Part shown: positions 13,015-25,050 of the stretch, in pieces
Layout of the letters: the number at the start of each line of letters is the position of its first letter
Position numbering within the stretch: the first letter of the stretch is position 1
NCBI RefSeq assembly: GCF_018350175.1
Contig: NC_058368.1
Coordinates: 80,230,001 to 80,294,000 of the forward strand
Length of the DNA stretch: 64,000 nucleotides
DNA from: Felis catus
Lineage: Eukaryota
Direction: 5' to 3'
The notes under the pieces: model-generated
Database searches by the model: none
What the model was told of the DNA's origin: nothing
What the model saw: only the letters and a program-made list of their open reading frames with translations
Translations under genes and position numbers: made by a program

Positions 13015-13278
13015 AGTAAATACAGAAACAAAACAGATGAACATATGCGGGGAGCAGGGAGCGAGGGAGGTGAACCATAAGAGACTCTTAAACACAGAGA
13101 ACAGACTGAGGGTTGCTGGAGGGAGCTGGGTGGGGGATGGGCTAGAAGGGTGATGGGCACTGAGGAGGGCACCTGCTGGCATGCGCACTGGGTGTCATAT
13201 GTAAGACACGATCACTGGGTTCTCCTCTGGAAGGCAATACTACATGGTATGTTAACTAACTTGGATTTAAATAAAAAT
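13015..13278 (+). mobile_element. Carnivore L1 3' UTR fragment
   Basis: aaccataagagactcttaa..gagaacagactgagggttgctgg..ggtgatgggcactgaggagggcac..taactaacttggatttaaataaaaa. Confidence 0.8.
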
Positions 13279-13299
13279 CTGGGGGGACAAGTAAATATA

Positions 13300-13402
13300 G
13301 GGGGGCCTGGCTGGCTCAGTTGGTGGAGCATGCGACTCTTGACCTCGGGGTCATGAGTTCAGGCCCACGTTGGGCGTTAGAACTTACTTTTAAAAAGAAA
13401 AA
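13300..13402 (+). mobile_element. Short, old tRNA-derived carnivore SINE
   Basis: tRNA-like A/B-box head followed directly by an A tail, with no CT tract. Confidence 0.7.
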
Positions 13403-15208
13403 GTCCATATACATTTGGGATCTTTATTTAATTCGTTGAATTTAGTAAATATACATTCAGGATCTTTATTTATTTCTTTACTTAGTTATTTAGTTCATTT
13501 AATGAGGGAGGCAGACAGAGGTCTTGAAGACATCAAGAAGACAGCCGTGTAAGGACGCACAATGGGAACACTGTGTAACACAAGATGCATGTTACAGAAA
13601 GACACAGAGGATGAGGCAGTTAATGTGCAAAGGAGGCAGAACTCTCTTTTCCACGGGGGACAACAAGCCACCCCACCCTCAAGTCCAAACCGGAGCCGAT
13701 CAGTGCCGTTCCACCAGCCCACCCTTTCCTTCAAGCACAAAGTTGTCAGCCACCATCCCGCTCCACGACTCAGCTCCCAGGAGGAAAGACCACCACGGTC
13801 ACTGCTAGCCCCCGAGCAGGTGCGCAGTGTTGACGGGGTGTGTGAAAGGACGGTTCACACCAACCGAGTGTTCACCCTGGGACACAGAATGAGAGGGAGC
13901 TTGGCGGTGGCCACAGCGGACTCCTCGAGCTCGGACGAGCACAGAACTGAGAGTCAGCGCAAAGTCGGGGAGATAACAAAACCCTCACCACCACCACCCC
14001 CCCAAGAACAAGCACAAAGCAATATGTGAAAAGGGCCCAGTAAGAGACTATAAAATAAGCCCTTTAATGTTAAGAAAAGGGCCTCTTTACATCCACCATT
14101 CTTCATGTTTAAGCAATTAATGATTACCATACCTGGACTTTGGCCAAAATTGTTACCATTTTTTTAATTCTTTATTCCTGTTGGATAATCTGACTCCGTG
14201 GAAACAGTGATAGTCTGGTCTTCAGCTGAAGCTGGACGTCAGCATATGGCAAAATACATGAAAATTCAATGTCCAACTCAAACCACACCCATCAGTAATC
14301 CCAAAAGTCATTCCTTAGCCTGTCGGAGAAAAGCAAGATCTGGCCACCTGCCCCCCGCCCCCTTTACACAGGCTGAGCATTCTTACTCTGCACCAGGGAA
14401 AGGAAGGAGCCACCGTGTGCCCCCCTCCCATCCACGATCCTCATTAAGCTCCAGAATAACCCTGTAAACCAGGTTCTCTCTACCACAATTTTAGGACAAG
14501 GTCACCGAAACTCAGAGACGGAAAGGACAAATCCTCATTAAAAAGCATCCCAACTGATTCAGCTAAAAAATAAATAAAAATCTGCTGAGCCCGCCAGCGC
14601 AGCTGTGCGTGGAAAGGTGGGCACGGCTAAGTCTGTTCAGGTGGGACTGTCACTCCAAGAAACGCCACAAGACGATGGCTTTCCACAAGACGCGCGGTCA
14701 CACATCGGCCTTCTGTTTCTGAGCAAAAACTCCGCCTCCAGCGAGGGCACAGCAAGGCACTGACGCGTGCAGGGACACGGCCCTGGGTGGCTTCCCGGCA
14801 CACAGGCTCTTCTGGACCCAGGGAGTTTGTCAACAGGACGGGATGACCTTCAGTGTCACAAGCCACAGGGCGTGCTTGTCCTGCTCTGGGACCCAGACAC
14901 GGAGACCTGGACGGTCACCAAGAGAGGCTGACGGGCCCACGGTGTCCAGCAGGCGTCCCACCGGCCCTTCTCGAACAAGATTGCCCAGAAACAGCACCGC
15001 TGAGTCAGGGGAGTGACAGATTCGGGACCTCTGTCTCAAGGACAGGTCGAACGCTATACTGCCCTACTGGCTCGGTACAAATGAGAGTGCCATCTCAGAC
15101 ATGAAGACAGGTGTACGAGGTTCGGGAGATTCCCCGTGGGAAAGGGTGGATGACAGGCCTGCTGATGCACGAATCACGTCCTGAGACCCGTGGCCCAAAG
15201 GCTGGAAA

Positions 15209-15400
15209 TTTTTTTTTAACGTTTATTTATTTTTGAGAGACAGAGCACGAGTGGGGGGAGGGGCAGAGAAAGAGGGAGACAGAATCAGAAGCAGACCAGG
15301 CTCTGAGCTGTCAGCACAGAGCCCGCCATGGGGCCTGAACCCACGAACCGTGAGATCATGACCTGAGCTGAAGTCGGGCACTTAACCGACTGAGCGCCCT
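15209..15400 (-). mobile_element. CAN-SINE
   Basis: Reverse-complement body and T-rich tail. Confidence 0.85.
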
Positions 15401-15680
15401 CCTACCCGGCGGCCCCGGAGATATGTTTATCCTACCACTGCTGGGTGCAACACCGCGTCCACATTCACAGGCACGCTGGCACATCATCACGTCGTGTGTA
15501 GGCACAGACTGCGCCTCGCACAGAGCACTTCACAAGGTCACTGTCCCTTTAGACTAGATGTCGTTTCAGTGAAGGACACACGAGGCTGGGTGACCAACTG
15601 CAGAAACCCTGGGCAGTTTGCCCGGCCCAGCCACTTCCGGGCTTTGTGTAGACTGACCCAGGTTGTGACCCTGTGGTTAA

Positions 15681-16257
15681 CACACACACAGAGCTGGGAA
15701 CGGCCCTGGCGTATACAGTGAGCGCTACACACAGAGCTGGGAACAGCCCTGGTGTATACAGCAAGCGTTACACACACAGAGCTGGGAACGGCCCTGGCAT
15801 ATACAGCAAGCGTTACACACACAGCTGGGAACGGCCCTGGTGTATACAGTAAGCGCTACACACACAGAGCTGGGAACGGCCCTGGTGTATACAATAAGTG
15901 CTACACACAGAGCTGGGAACGGCCCTGGCGTATACAGTAAGTGTTACACACAGAGCTGGGAACGGCCCTGGCATATACAGCAAGCGTTACACACACAGAG
16001 CTGGGAATGGCCCTGGCGTATACAGCAAGCGTTACACACACAGCTGGGAACGGCCCTGGTGTATACAGTAAGCGCTACACACACAGAGCTGGGAATGGCC
16101 CTGGTGTATACAGCAAGTGCTACACACACAGCTGGGAATGGCCCTGGCATATACAGCAAGCACTACACACGCAGAGCTGGGAATGGCCCTGGCATATACA
16201 GTAAGCGCTACACACACAGAGCTGGGAACAGCCCTGGCGTATACAGTAAGCGCTACA
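15681..16257. repeat. Minisatellite, 13 copies of a 43/45-bp unit (cacac[ac]agagctgggaacggccctggcgtatacagyaagcgyta)
   Basis: Counted 13 gctggga cores spaced 43 or 45 bp apart. Confidence 0.95.
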
Positions 16258-16535
16258 TAAGCAGCAGCTATTATTTGGCCACAATCTCTGATGGTGCCTC
16301 CCTGAAGGACTGCATGGTAGCTCATGGGCCAACACAGTGTCAAAATCATGCCATTCGATCTGTTCTTTATTCCCGTACGTTTACTTTCAAATACAGGCAT
16401 GCGTTTCTGGTATAACCTGAACAAAAAGGCTTCCTGTAGGAGGTGTAACTGTTACTCTACCCCAGGATGGATTCTTGACGCCTGTAAAGGCCGTTAATTA
16501 ATGAAATTAAGAACTTCTGAAGAATATATAGGAAA

Positions 16536-16755
16536 GGGGCGCCTGGGTGGCTCAGTCATTTAAGCGTCCGACTCTTGATCTGGGCTCAGGCCGTAATCTC
16601 ACAGCTTGGAGGTTCGAGCCCCACGTCGGGCTCTGCACTGACAACGAGGAGCCTGCTTGGGATTCTCTCTCTCCCTCCCTCTCTGCCCCACCCCTGCTCA
16701 CTCTTGATCTCTCTCCCTCTCTCAAAATAAGTAAATAAACTTTAAAAAAAAAAAT
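16536..16755 (+). mobile_element. CAN-SINE
   Basis: ggggcgcctgggtggctcag head and A tail. Confidence 0.9.
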
Positions 16756-17014
16756 AAGCCTTACTAAAAAATAAAGCAAAACCAGGACAATTTTGCCAAA
16801 AAACCAAAGCTATTATCTATACAAAATTTGTTGCCAATGTTTAAACTACAAAGCCAGAAGCTTTTAAAATTCATGGGGGGGTGGGGACATCCCAGGTTTG
16901 CCTAAATAGCATATTAAGTATGAAAGAGCATTTATAGGTATAACTTAAAGAACAGGACAAGTTAAAAGTCCCAAGTCAATGTTGGTGCAAACGCAACAGA
17001 ATTTAAGTCTTCCC

Positions 17015-17216
17015 AGGGCGCCTGGGTGGCTCAGTCGGTTAAGCATCCGACTCGGCTCAGATCACGATCTCAAGGTTCGTGAGTTCGAGCCCTGCGTCAG
17101 GCTCTGTTCTGACAGCTGGGAGCCTGGAGCCTGCTTTGGATTCTGTCTCCCTCTCTCCCCACCCTTCTCCTGCTCACACTCTCTCTCTCAAAAAAAAAAA
17201 AATAAATAAACATAAA
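17015..17216 (+). mobile_element. CAN-SINE
   Basis: Head, CT tract and tail. Confidence 0.9.
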
Positions 17217-17289
17217 TTTTTTTTTTTTTTTAAAGAACGACGTCTTCCCAGAGTCACTATTTGGGACTGATGACGGACAAGAATTATGT

Positions 17290-18420
17290 GTCAATATTCT
17301 GCATCTTCACTTTCAGCACCTGAAAACAGAAGCCACCTCTTTCTGACACCATGGTGTCTGATGTGACACCGGCTGTCACTCTGATTTGTTTTCCCCTCCA
17401 GCTGCTTCCAAGATTTCTTCCCTTGGTGGCCCCTTGTCAGCCCCACTCCCCTCCTCTCCTTCCAGAACTCTGACGGCACAGTGTTGGCTCTCCAGCCTTC
17501 GGGTCCCTGACGCTCTGCTCACCTCCCCCAGTTGCTGTCTGTAGTACAGCTTGGGTGCTGTGTACTGCCCTGTCTTCTAGCTCGCGGCTCCTTCCTCTCT
17601 CCCCTCCGCTGGGCTGCTGAGTCCATCCACTAAGCTTCTTATCTGGGTTATCGCATTTTTTTTTCAGTTCAGAAATTGCCATTTGGGTCTCCTTTAAATC
17701 TGTTTCTGCTGAGGCTCTCTGTTTTTGTTTCCTGGGTTTAAGGGCTCCAGATTGTTCCCCGAAGCATGCTTAGGATGGCCGCCTTTAAGTCCTTGTCGAT
17801 CACTGCACCATCTATGTGAGCTCTGGACTGGCATCCAGCGATTGTCGCTTTCAACTCTACTACACATCTTCCCGGTGCTTGTACGAAGAGCGGCTCTTGT
17901 ATTGAAATCTGGACATTTCTGTCTTGTGCTACGAGATACTGGGTCTCACTTAAATCTCCCATTTGAGCTGGATCCTTCACCCCAGCAGTGGGGGACCGGG
18001 GGGCGGGGGGGGCCGGGACTGGGGCCGGTGGAGGCAGAAGTCCAGACTCCCCATGCAGCCTCCACCGGCACACGGCGGGGAGGGCTCCTCAGCAGCTGGT
18101 GGGGACGTGAGCCCGGCTCCCACCTTGATGATGGGGACGGGGGTGCCCCGGTTTTTTCTGAGTGTTTGACTGGAGTACAACAGTTATTGTTGAAAAGGTC
18201 TGCCTCACCAGGCTACCCCTTTCCTGATCCTTTGGTGGAAGAACAGGCTTTTAATTTTGTTTGGTTTTGTCTGTGCCCTTTGGCATTTCTGGGTTGCTGG
18301 CTTCTTCAGCTCCAAGTTTGGGATAAATGAGGCAAAAAGAGAACCCAGGGAGCCTACCACTGTGTTACTCTGTGGACCCAGAAATCCCGAGCTGGCCTGC
18401 CTTCTCTCCACCTTTGAAAT
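17290..18420 (-). mobile_element. Old L1 5'/ORF1 remnant
   Basis: Translation ISELKKK...RSRELEDRAVHSTQ resembles the L1 ORF1p coiled coil; frame is broken. Confidence 0.6.
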
Positions 18421-18431
18421 GAATGCTGCTT

Positions 18432-18652
18432 GGGGTGCCTGGGTAGCTCAGTTGGTTAAGCATCTGACTTCCGCTCAGCTCATGATCTCACGGTTCGTGG
18501 GTTCGAGCCCCGCGTCGGGCTCTGTGCTGACAGCTCGGAGCCTGGAGCCTGCTTCTGATTCTGTGTGTCTGTGTGTCTCTCTCTCTGCCCTACCCTTCTT
18601 ACATTCTGTCTCTGTTTCTCACTCAAAAATAAATAAACATTAAAAAAATTAA
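18432..18652 (+). mobile_element. CAN-SINE
   Basis: TSD gaaatgaatgctg. Confidence 0.9.
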
Positions 18653-20387
18653 GAAATGAATGCTGGGATCTTCCTCGGCCAGCGGGCACAGGACAGCAGG
18701 ACCGGGAAAATCTGTCAGCAGGTGATGAAGCCATTCCTCTAAGAATGAACGGCCCTTTAAACTTGTGTGTCTGTACACATGTGGGCAACTGTGGTTAAGA
18801 TTTCTTCTTCACAGAAAGGGAAGTTATGTGAAATCTCGACAAAGCAAGCGGGCAGGCAAGTCCGAGTTGAAATGATAAAGCCTGGAATTATCTTCCAGAG
18901 ACGCTAGATGCGATCAGGCTTAGTTAAGGAGCATGGTTGACCTGAATTAGTTAAATTCTCCTGAATGGACACCACACTAACCAGCCGAAAATACCTCTCC
19001 CGCCCCCAGAGTCCTCGGCGCCCCCTCCAGGCGGACTCTGGGCTGACTCCCAGCGCGCGCACTGCTCACAGGCTCGCTTTGTGCTCTGAAGTCGCTCAGC
19101 ACAATGGCGCTTTGTCTGCCCTGCTGAACCCGGGGTCGGCTCCCTTCCACCTGTCTTAGTACCCACATTCATATTCAGGCCACTGTTTCTGATCGAGAAA
19201 ACACAGGCATTCTGCGCAAAAGGCCGTGCACGCGGAGGGCGCCCACTCAAAGTGCATGGTAGCGGTATAGACGCGGATCCACCTCCAAGATACGGGCTCC
19301 CCCACAACACAGGCTTTGCAGGTGTGACTTCCGGATCTCGAATGTAAACTCAGATTATTTTTCCAAGAGCTATTTTTTGTCGGGGCCCGCGTGGAGCTGA
19401 CCTCCGACCCCACCCGCATCCGCATCTAGCCCCGAGAGGACCCACAGGGAAGCACGGCTGCGGCTTGAGTGGAACTGATCAGGGTTCCCTCAATCGCCGT
19501 GGAATGCGCGACTCTGTGGGGAGTCTGTGCAACCAGAGAAAAGACTTTTAGAGAAGCGGTCTGCGCTCAAGGTGACCGAAACCGGGGGTCAGCCTAGTTT
19601 CTGCAGGAGGGGGCAGGAGGGGTAAGCACTTTCGTCTCTCGGTGCCACATGGTGTCTATTGCAACAACGGGGCTCTACCGGGACAGTGTGAGAGCATGTT
19701 GTGTGCCAATAAAACTTTATTCATGATGACCAGGGAGGGCCCGGTGGATCTGCTCATCCACAGGAAGCGGATGTAGCTCCCCAGATGCTGTCCCGGCACA
19801 CAAATACCAATTGTTGGGCAGAGGGTATCAGGACCACCAAAACCACTCAGCAGGCGGGAATACGGTAAGAGATTCAGCTGAGATCGGAGTCCTCCACCGT
19901 GGGTTCCACATTCTGCACAGGCTGTGCACCTGCTCTGCACCGATCCCTTGAGGCTGTCCAAACCACATGGCCCTCACAGGCCAGTCCAAGGTATCAAGAA
20001 TGAGCAACGGTGCGGTCCCTGTCCCAGAGACCACCCTCAGGCTCATCCACGGCACCGCCATCTTTTCCAACCTGAACCCACCTCACTTGGGACAAGCATC
20101 CCTGCCACGGTTCCCCGGATGTAGGAGCAGCTGCCTAAATGTGGGGGTAGGGGGCCGTGACTTCTACCCAGAGTGGAAGGAAAATGACGGGGGCTCACGG
20201 TCCTCAAGGAGGGCGCACTCACCTGGCATCCTCACTGTGTGCCACCCCATCCTTCAGACCGGGCCGAGGCCCTGGGCTCTGCACAGGCGGCCAGGACCTC
20301 TGAGCTAACGTCACAGGCACCATGACTTCATAACCCAGGACAGCAGCATCTTCTCCTCGGCTGCACTGAAGCTATTCGAGAGAAAGT

Positions 20388-20610
20388 TCTTTTTTTTTTT
20401 TTTAATGTTTTTATTTATTTTTGAGACAAAGAGAAAGCACTAGCTGGGGAGGGGCAGAGAGAGAGAGAGAGAGGGAGACAGAATCCAAAGCAGGCTCCAG
20501 GCTCTGCACTGACAGCCAAGAGCCCGATGCAGGGCTCAAACTCACAAACCTTGAGATCATGACCTGAGCCAAAGTCAGACCCTTAGCCAACTGAGCCACC
20601 CAGGCACCCC
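20388..20610 (-). mobile_element. CAN-SINE
   Basis: Reverse-complement head and T tail. Confidence 0.9.
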
Positions 20611-20619
20611 TCGAGGGAA

Positions 20620-21960
20620 TGATCTTAAAACCAACTGCCACCCTGGGATGCAAGGGTGGTCCAATCAATGGGACATGTCCCGTTAATAAAATGAAAGAGA
20701 AGAATCAGATGATCATCTCCGTAGACATAGCAAAGGCACTCGACAAAACTCAACATTCATTCATGATAAAAATCATTAACAAAATTAGGCACAGAAAGAA
20801 TACATCGCAACATGCCAGAGGTCATCCACAACAAGCCCACAGCTAACATCACGCTCTGCGCGGACAGGTTGAAAGCTTATTTTCTAAGATCAGGAACAAG
20901 ACAAGGCTGTCTACTCTCACCCCTCCTACTCACCACAGTTCAGGAAGTGCCAGCCAGTGCAATCAGGCAAGAAAAAGAAATAGGAAGTATCAGAACGGTG
21001 AAGAAAGAAGTAAAATTGCCTCGGTTTGCATGTGACTTAATTTTATAAAGAGAAAATCCTAAAGACTCAACCAGAAAAACTGTGAGATCCAGTCAATGAA
21101 TACAATACACAAAATTAACATACAAAAATCAGTAGCATTTCCATAGACTAATTTCTGAAAAAGAAATAAACTGATCCCACTTACAATAGCATCAAAAACA
21201 ATAAAATAGGGGCAGCCAGGTGGCTCAGTCAGTTAAGCATCTGACTCCTAATTTCGGCTCAGGTCGTGATCCCAGGGTTTGGGCTGTGTAGACAGCATAG
21301 AGCCTGCTTGAGATTCTCTCTCTTCGTCTCTCTGTCCCTCTCCCGCTTGCACATGCACTCACTCTCAATCTCTCTCTCTCAAAATGCATAAAAACTTAAA
21401 GAAAAAAGACTTTATTCTCTTTATGTTTATCTACTTTGAGAGAGATAGAGGGAGAGAGAGTAGGGGAGGGGCAGAGAGATAGAGGGTGAGCTATCACTGT
21501 CAGCACAGAGCCTGACTCGGGGCTTGAACTCATGAACCATGAGATCACGACCTGAGCCAAAACCAAGAGTTGGACACTGAACTGACTGAGCCACCCAGGT
21601 GCCCCTTAAAAAAAAAAAAAAAAAAAAAAAAAGACTTAAAAAAAACACAATAAAATCCTTAGGAATAAATTTAATGCCATGAAAGATCTCTGGGATGAAA
21701 ACTACAAGACATTGATGAAAGAAATTGAAGGAGACACAAATAAATGGAAAGGTACTCTGTGTTCATGGGCTGGAAGAATTAATATTGTTAAAATGTCACT
21801 ATTACCGAAAGTCACCTTTGGATTCAATGCTATCGCTGTCAAGATTCCAATGACATTTTTTTATAGAAGTAGGAAAACCACTCAAATTTATCAGGAACCA
21901 CAAAAGATCCCAATTAGCCAAGGAAACCCAGAGAAAAAAAGAACAAAGCAGTCACACTAT
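20620..21960 (+). mobile_element. Decayed L1 ORF2 (reverse transcriptase region) interrupted by two SINEs
   Basis: Frameshifted pieces KNQMIISVDIAKALDK, KPTANI..SGTRQGCLLSPLL and [30 protein letters not shown]. Confidence 0.92.
21208..21605. mobile_element. Plus-strand SINE (21208-21408) with a minus-strand SINE (~21410-21605) in its tail
   Basis: Two heads in opposite orientation; ttaaa(A)n-gactt duplicated around the inner copy. Confidence 0.85.
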
Positions 21961-22159
21961 ATAGTATGAAGCTATCGTCATAACACCAACTGCTCGGAAT
22001 CCCCGTCTCTCTGAGCTCTCCATTTAGTGCAGAATTATTTACTGGGGGCCCACTCAAGCCGCTCTTGTCCCTCGGTGACATGCCTTGCCGGTGGTAATCG
22101 CGGCCAGAAGCGCGCAGCACTGGATGGCTGTTTACTCATTAAACACGAACATTGTGCTT

Positions 22160-22305
22160 CCTCATTCCAGATGCCGTTCAAGCACTTTGCCAATATTAAC
22201 CTATTGATTCCTAACAACGCATTAGGCGGGTGCTACAACTGTCCCCACTTATAGATGAGGAAAAGGAGGTGGAGAGAGAGGAGAGCCACCAAATCACACA
22301 TGTGG
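22160..22305 (-). mobile_element. MIR fragment
   Basis: ccccacttatagatgaggaaaaggagg resembles the MIR core. Confidence 0.55.
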
Positions 22306-22309
22306 TCAG

Positions 22310-22720
22310 GGGCTGCGGCCGGCAGAGGATGACAGCCTCCCTCCCCGGCAAAGAAGTCCTAGCCCCTGGGGCCTGTGACTATGTTCAGTTACATGGCTGG
22401 GGGGGGGGGGGGGGGGGGGGGGCGGTGGCTCAAGGTTGCTAACCAGCTGAGAGATTGGCTGGATGAACCCAGGGTAAATCACAGGGGTCCTTTAAATGTG
22501 GGAGGGGGCACGACAGCCTTGGGAGTGGAAGATGAGGAATTTGGGGGGGAGGGGGCAGGCTCCAGGAGCTGGAAAAGGGCGAGGGGACAGACCCTCCCCC
22601 AAGGCCTCTCGGATTGCAGACAGCTGGGTTCCAGCCCGGTGAGACCCAGGTAGGACTTCTGAGCCGCGTACTCTAAGCCACTAAGTGGGTGGCAATTGTC
22701 GGAGCAGCAGTAAAATCCTA
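22310..22720 (+). mobile_element. MaLR LTR (MLT1D-like)
   Basis: cctgtgactatgtt..acatggc; taaatcacaggggtccttta; aagccactaagt..gtggcaattgt. Confidence 0.65.
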
Positions 22721-24843
22721 GAGCAGACTCTGTGCCGTGACAAAGCGGCTGCTGTGACAAAGCTGGCGGGGCTCTGGATCCGGGTAGCGGCAGAGGCTGG
22801 AAGAGGTCAAGACGGCAGAGCCCGCATCGCCTGGCACAGACCCGCAGGGACACGGCTACTGCCAGCCCCGCTGGGGAGGCCTCGGAGAGGCAGGGAGGGT
22901 AGAGAACACCCGTGTCATCTGTGGAGGCCACGCGAGCCAGCAGGAGGAAACGTGGACGGTAAGCGTGTGAGCGGTGGGAGCTCAGATGGAAATGGGAGCT
23001 GCTCCCCGGAGGTGGAGGAACGGGGACTTGGTGCTCTGTCTTCCCAGGACAGAGGGTGGGGGTGCGAAAGTGAGCCACATGGCCCCCCTCCAGGGACTAC
23101 AGCCTTGAGGGAGGAATAAATGAGGGGGCGTCTAGCCTTCCCGGGCCCTGCGGGTGCAGTTTATTTGGGGCGCACCGGTCGCGTCCCCATCTTGTTGTGT
23201 TTTCTTCAAGACAACAACCGGATGTGAAACGATGCCACTCATTTCCTTGTGCCCCACCTCCTCCTCTAGGGTCGAAGGCCCGCGGAAGCAGCGGCCCCAG
23301 GCCTGTAGCAGGGGCCAGGTTTACATTTGCTGAATGATGGGCGACGTCTTTTCAGACTGCTCAGACGGGGCAGGAGACTGATGAGGAAATGACGGAGAGG
23401 AGAGTGGTGGCGGGTTCTGCGGGGGCCCCTCTCGTCTCCGGGCCACCGTCCTCTGCTCCCAGGACTCACCTAACCTTCGCAGTGAAAGCCTCACCTCTGT
23501 CTGCCCGACTAGGCAAGCGTCGGAGTGAGGAAGGGCCAAGGCGATGCATGCAGGACGCCTGGACCGGACCAAAGTCTGGACCCTTCTCAGCTCCGGCCGG
23601 TCTCCACTGCCCCGTCCCTAACCTGGAAGTGATCTTTCCCTCTCCGAAGGCCTCTTGTGTCACTGAGTAAGATGACCCATTCACCGGCCCCGCGCATCTC
23701 CCCTCCCCTCTCCAGCTGCAAGCCGCCAGGTGCTTCGCGAACGAGAGTGAGATTCTCCGAGCGCAACTCTCAGCCTTACCCTCGGGTGTCCTGATACCCC
23801 GCACACCCCACACTTCCACCCCACCCGCCTCCTGTGACCAAGGGCACCCTTCAGCCAGCCTCCAGTGGGTCCTTATCCTCTGCCTTGGTTACAAAAAGTA
23901 AAGTGAACAACTTTAACAAATGACGTCTGTGGAATGGAGAGAAAGTTCAAGAACAAGGCAAGAGGAGGAAGAAAGTAGCCTCCCCTCCAGAATTCAACAA
24001 AGATAAAGGAAAGGTACCTGGACTCTACCCATGTGGGCATCTCCTTCCAAGTTGCCCAAAACCCCACAGTGGCTGGAGTGCCAGGCACAGAGATGGCCCG
24101 TGTCACTGCTGAATGCCAGCCTCGGTCACCCTACGCCTGTGGACACAGGGCAGCAATGTGGACACGCGGCCCGGCCACCCCCACTGCCCCGGGAGGCTGA
24201 CCGAGCTCACGCTGAGTTCCAGGAACAAGAAAGCGGCAGCCAGGAAATGAGTCGCCGCCCCCGGGAGCCCGACAGCACGTCTGGGACGTGACATCTGCTG
24301 TCTTACAAAATCCCCCGGCGTTCAAGATTCCGGCTGCATCACGTCCTGGTCGCTGAAGAAAGTGGCCAGTGAAAATCACTTTGCTACTTCATACACCCTT
24401 GACGCCGGGAACGCCTGCTCGACACCAAAGGTCAGCTCCCGTCCCAGAGACCCCACGCCACACGGTTAAGGTCAGCCTCTGACAGCAGCCGCTACAGGGC
24501 TTCTCGGTGTGGGACCGCAACACCAGCCCCACGCTATCCTCTTGTACACCAACGACGACCAGTCAGCTGAAGGATCTGAGGGGCCAGCGGCACAGCAGAC
24601 AGACAAGTCACTTTCATCTGATCTGACTTCCAGAGTTTGTGTTTTGTCCCTACCAGCGCTTAGTGCTAGAAAGTCAGCCTAGGTAAACGACCTCGGGGCC
24701 TCCCTGCAGCCTGGAGCTGGAGAAAAGCAGGGACCGGGACATTCGGACCTGGGAGACTGTTCCCACGGCACAGTTGCAAATCGATTAGTCAGACGTTAAC
24801 CGCCAGAATACACAAGAAACAACAAGAAACAACTGCAGATGAA

Positions 24844-25050
24844 GGGGCGCCTGGTGGCTCAGTCATTTGAGCCTCCGACTTCTGCTCAGGTCACGGTCTC
24901 CCGGTTCATGGGTTCGAGCCCTGCGTCGGGCTCTGTGCTGACAGCTCAGAGAGCTTGCCTCGGATTCTGTGTCTCCCTCTCTCTCTGCTCCTCCCCTCCT
25001 CATGCTAGCGCTCTCTCTCTCTCTCTCTCAAAAATAAACATTAAAAAAAT
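24844..25050 (+). mobile_element. CAN-SINE
   Basis: Head, CT tract and tail. Confidence 0.9.

Noticed and set aside
13300..13402. Possible tRNA gene
   Set aside because: tRNA-like A/B boxes are present, but it is diverged, lacks a clean cloverleaf and ends in an A tail, so it is a SINE
15681..16257. CRISPR-like regularly spaced repeat
   Set aside because: Head-to-tail units with no unique spacers; mammalian context
20620..21960. Functional reverse transcriptase
   Set aside because: Frameshifted, catalytic FADD motif degraded (FACD), and interrupted by SINEs
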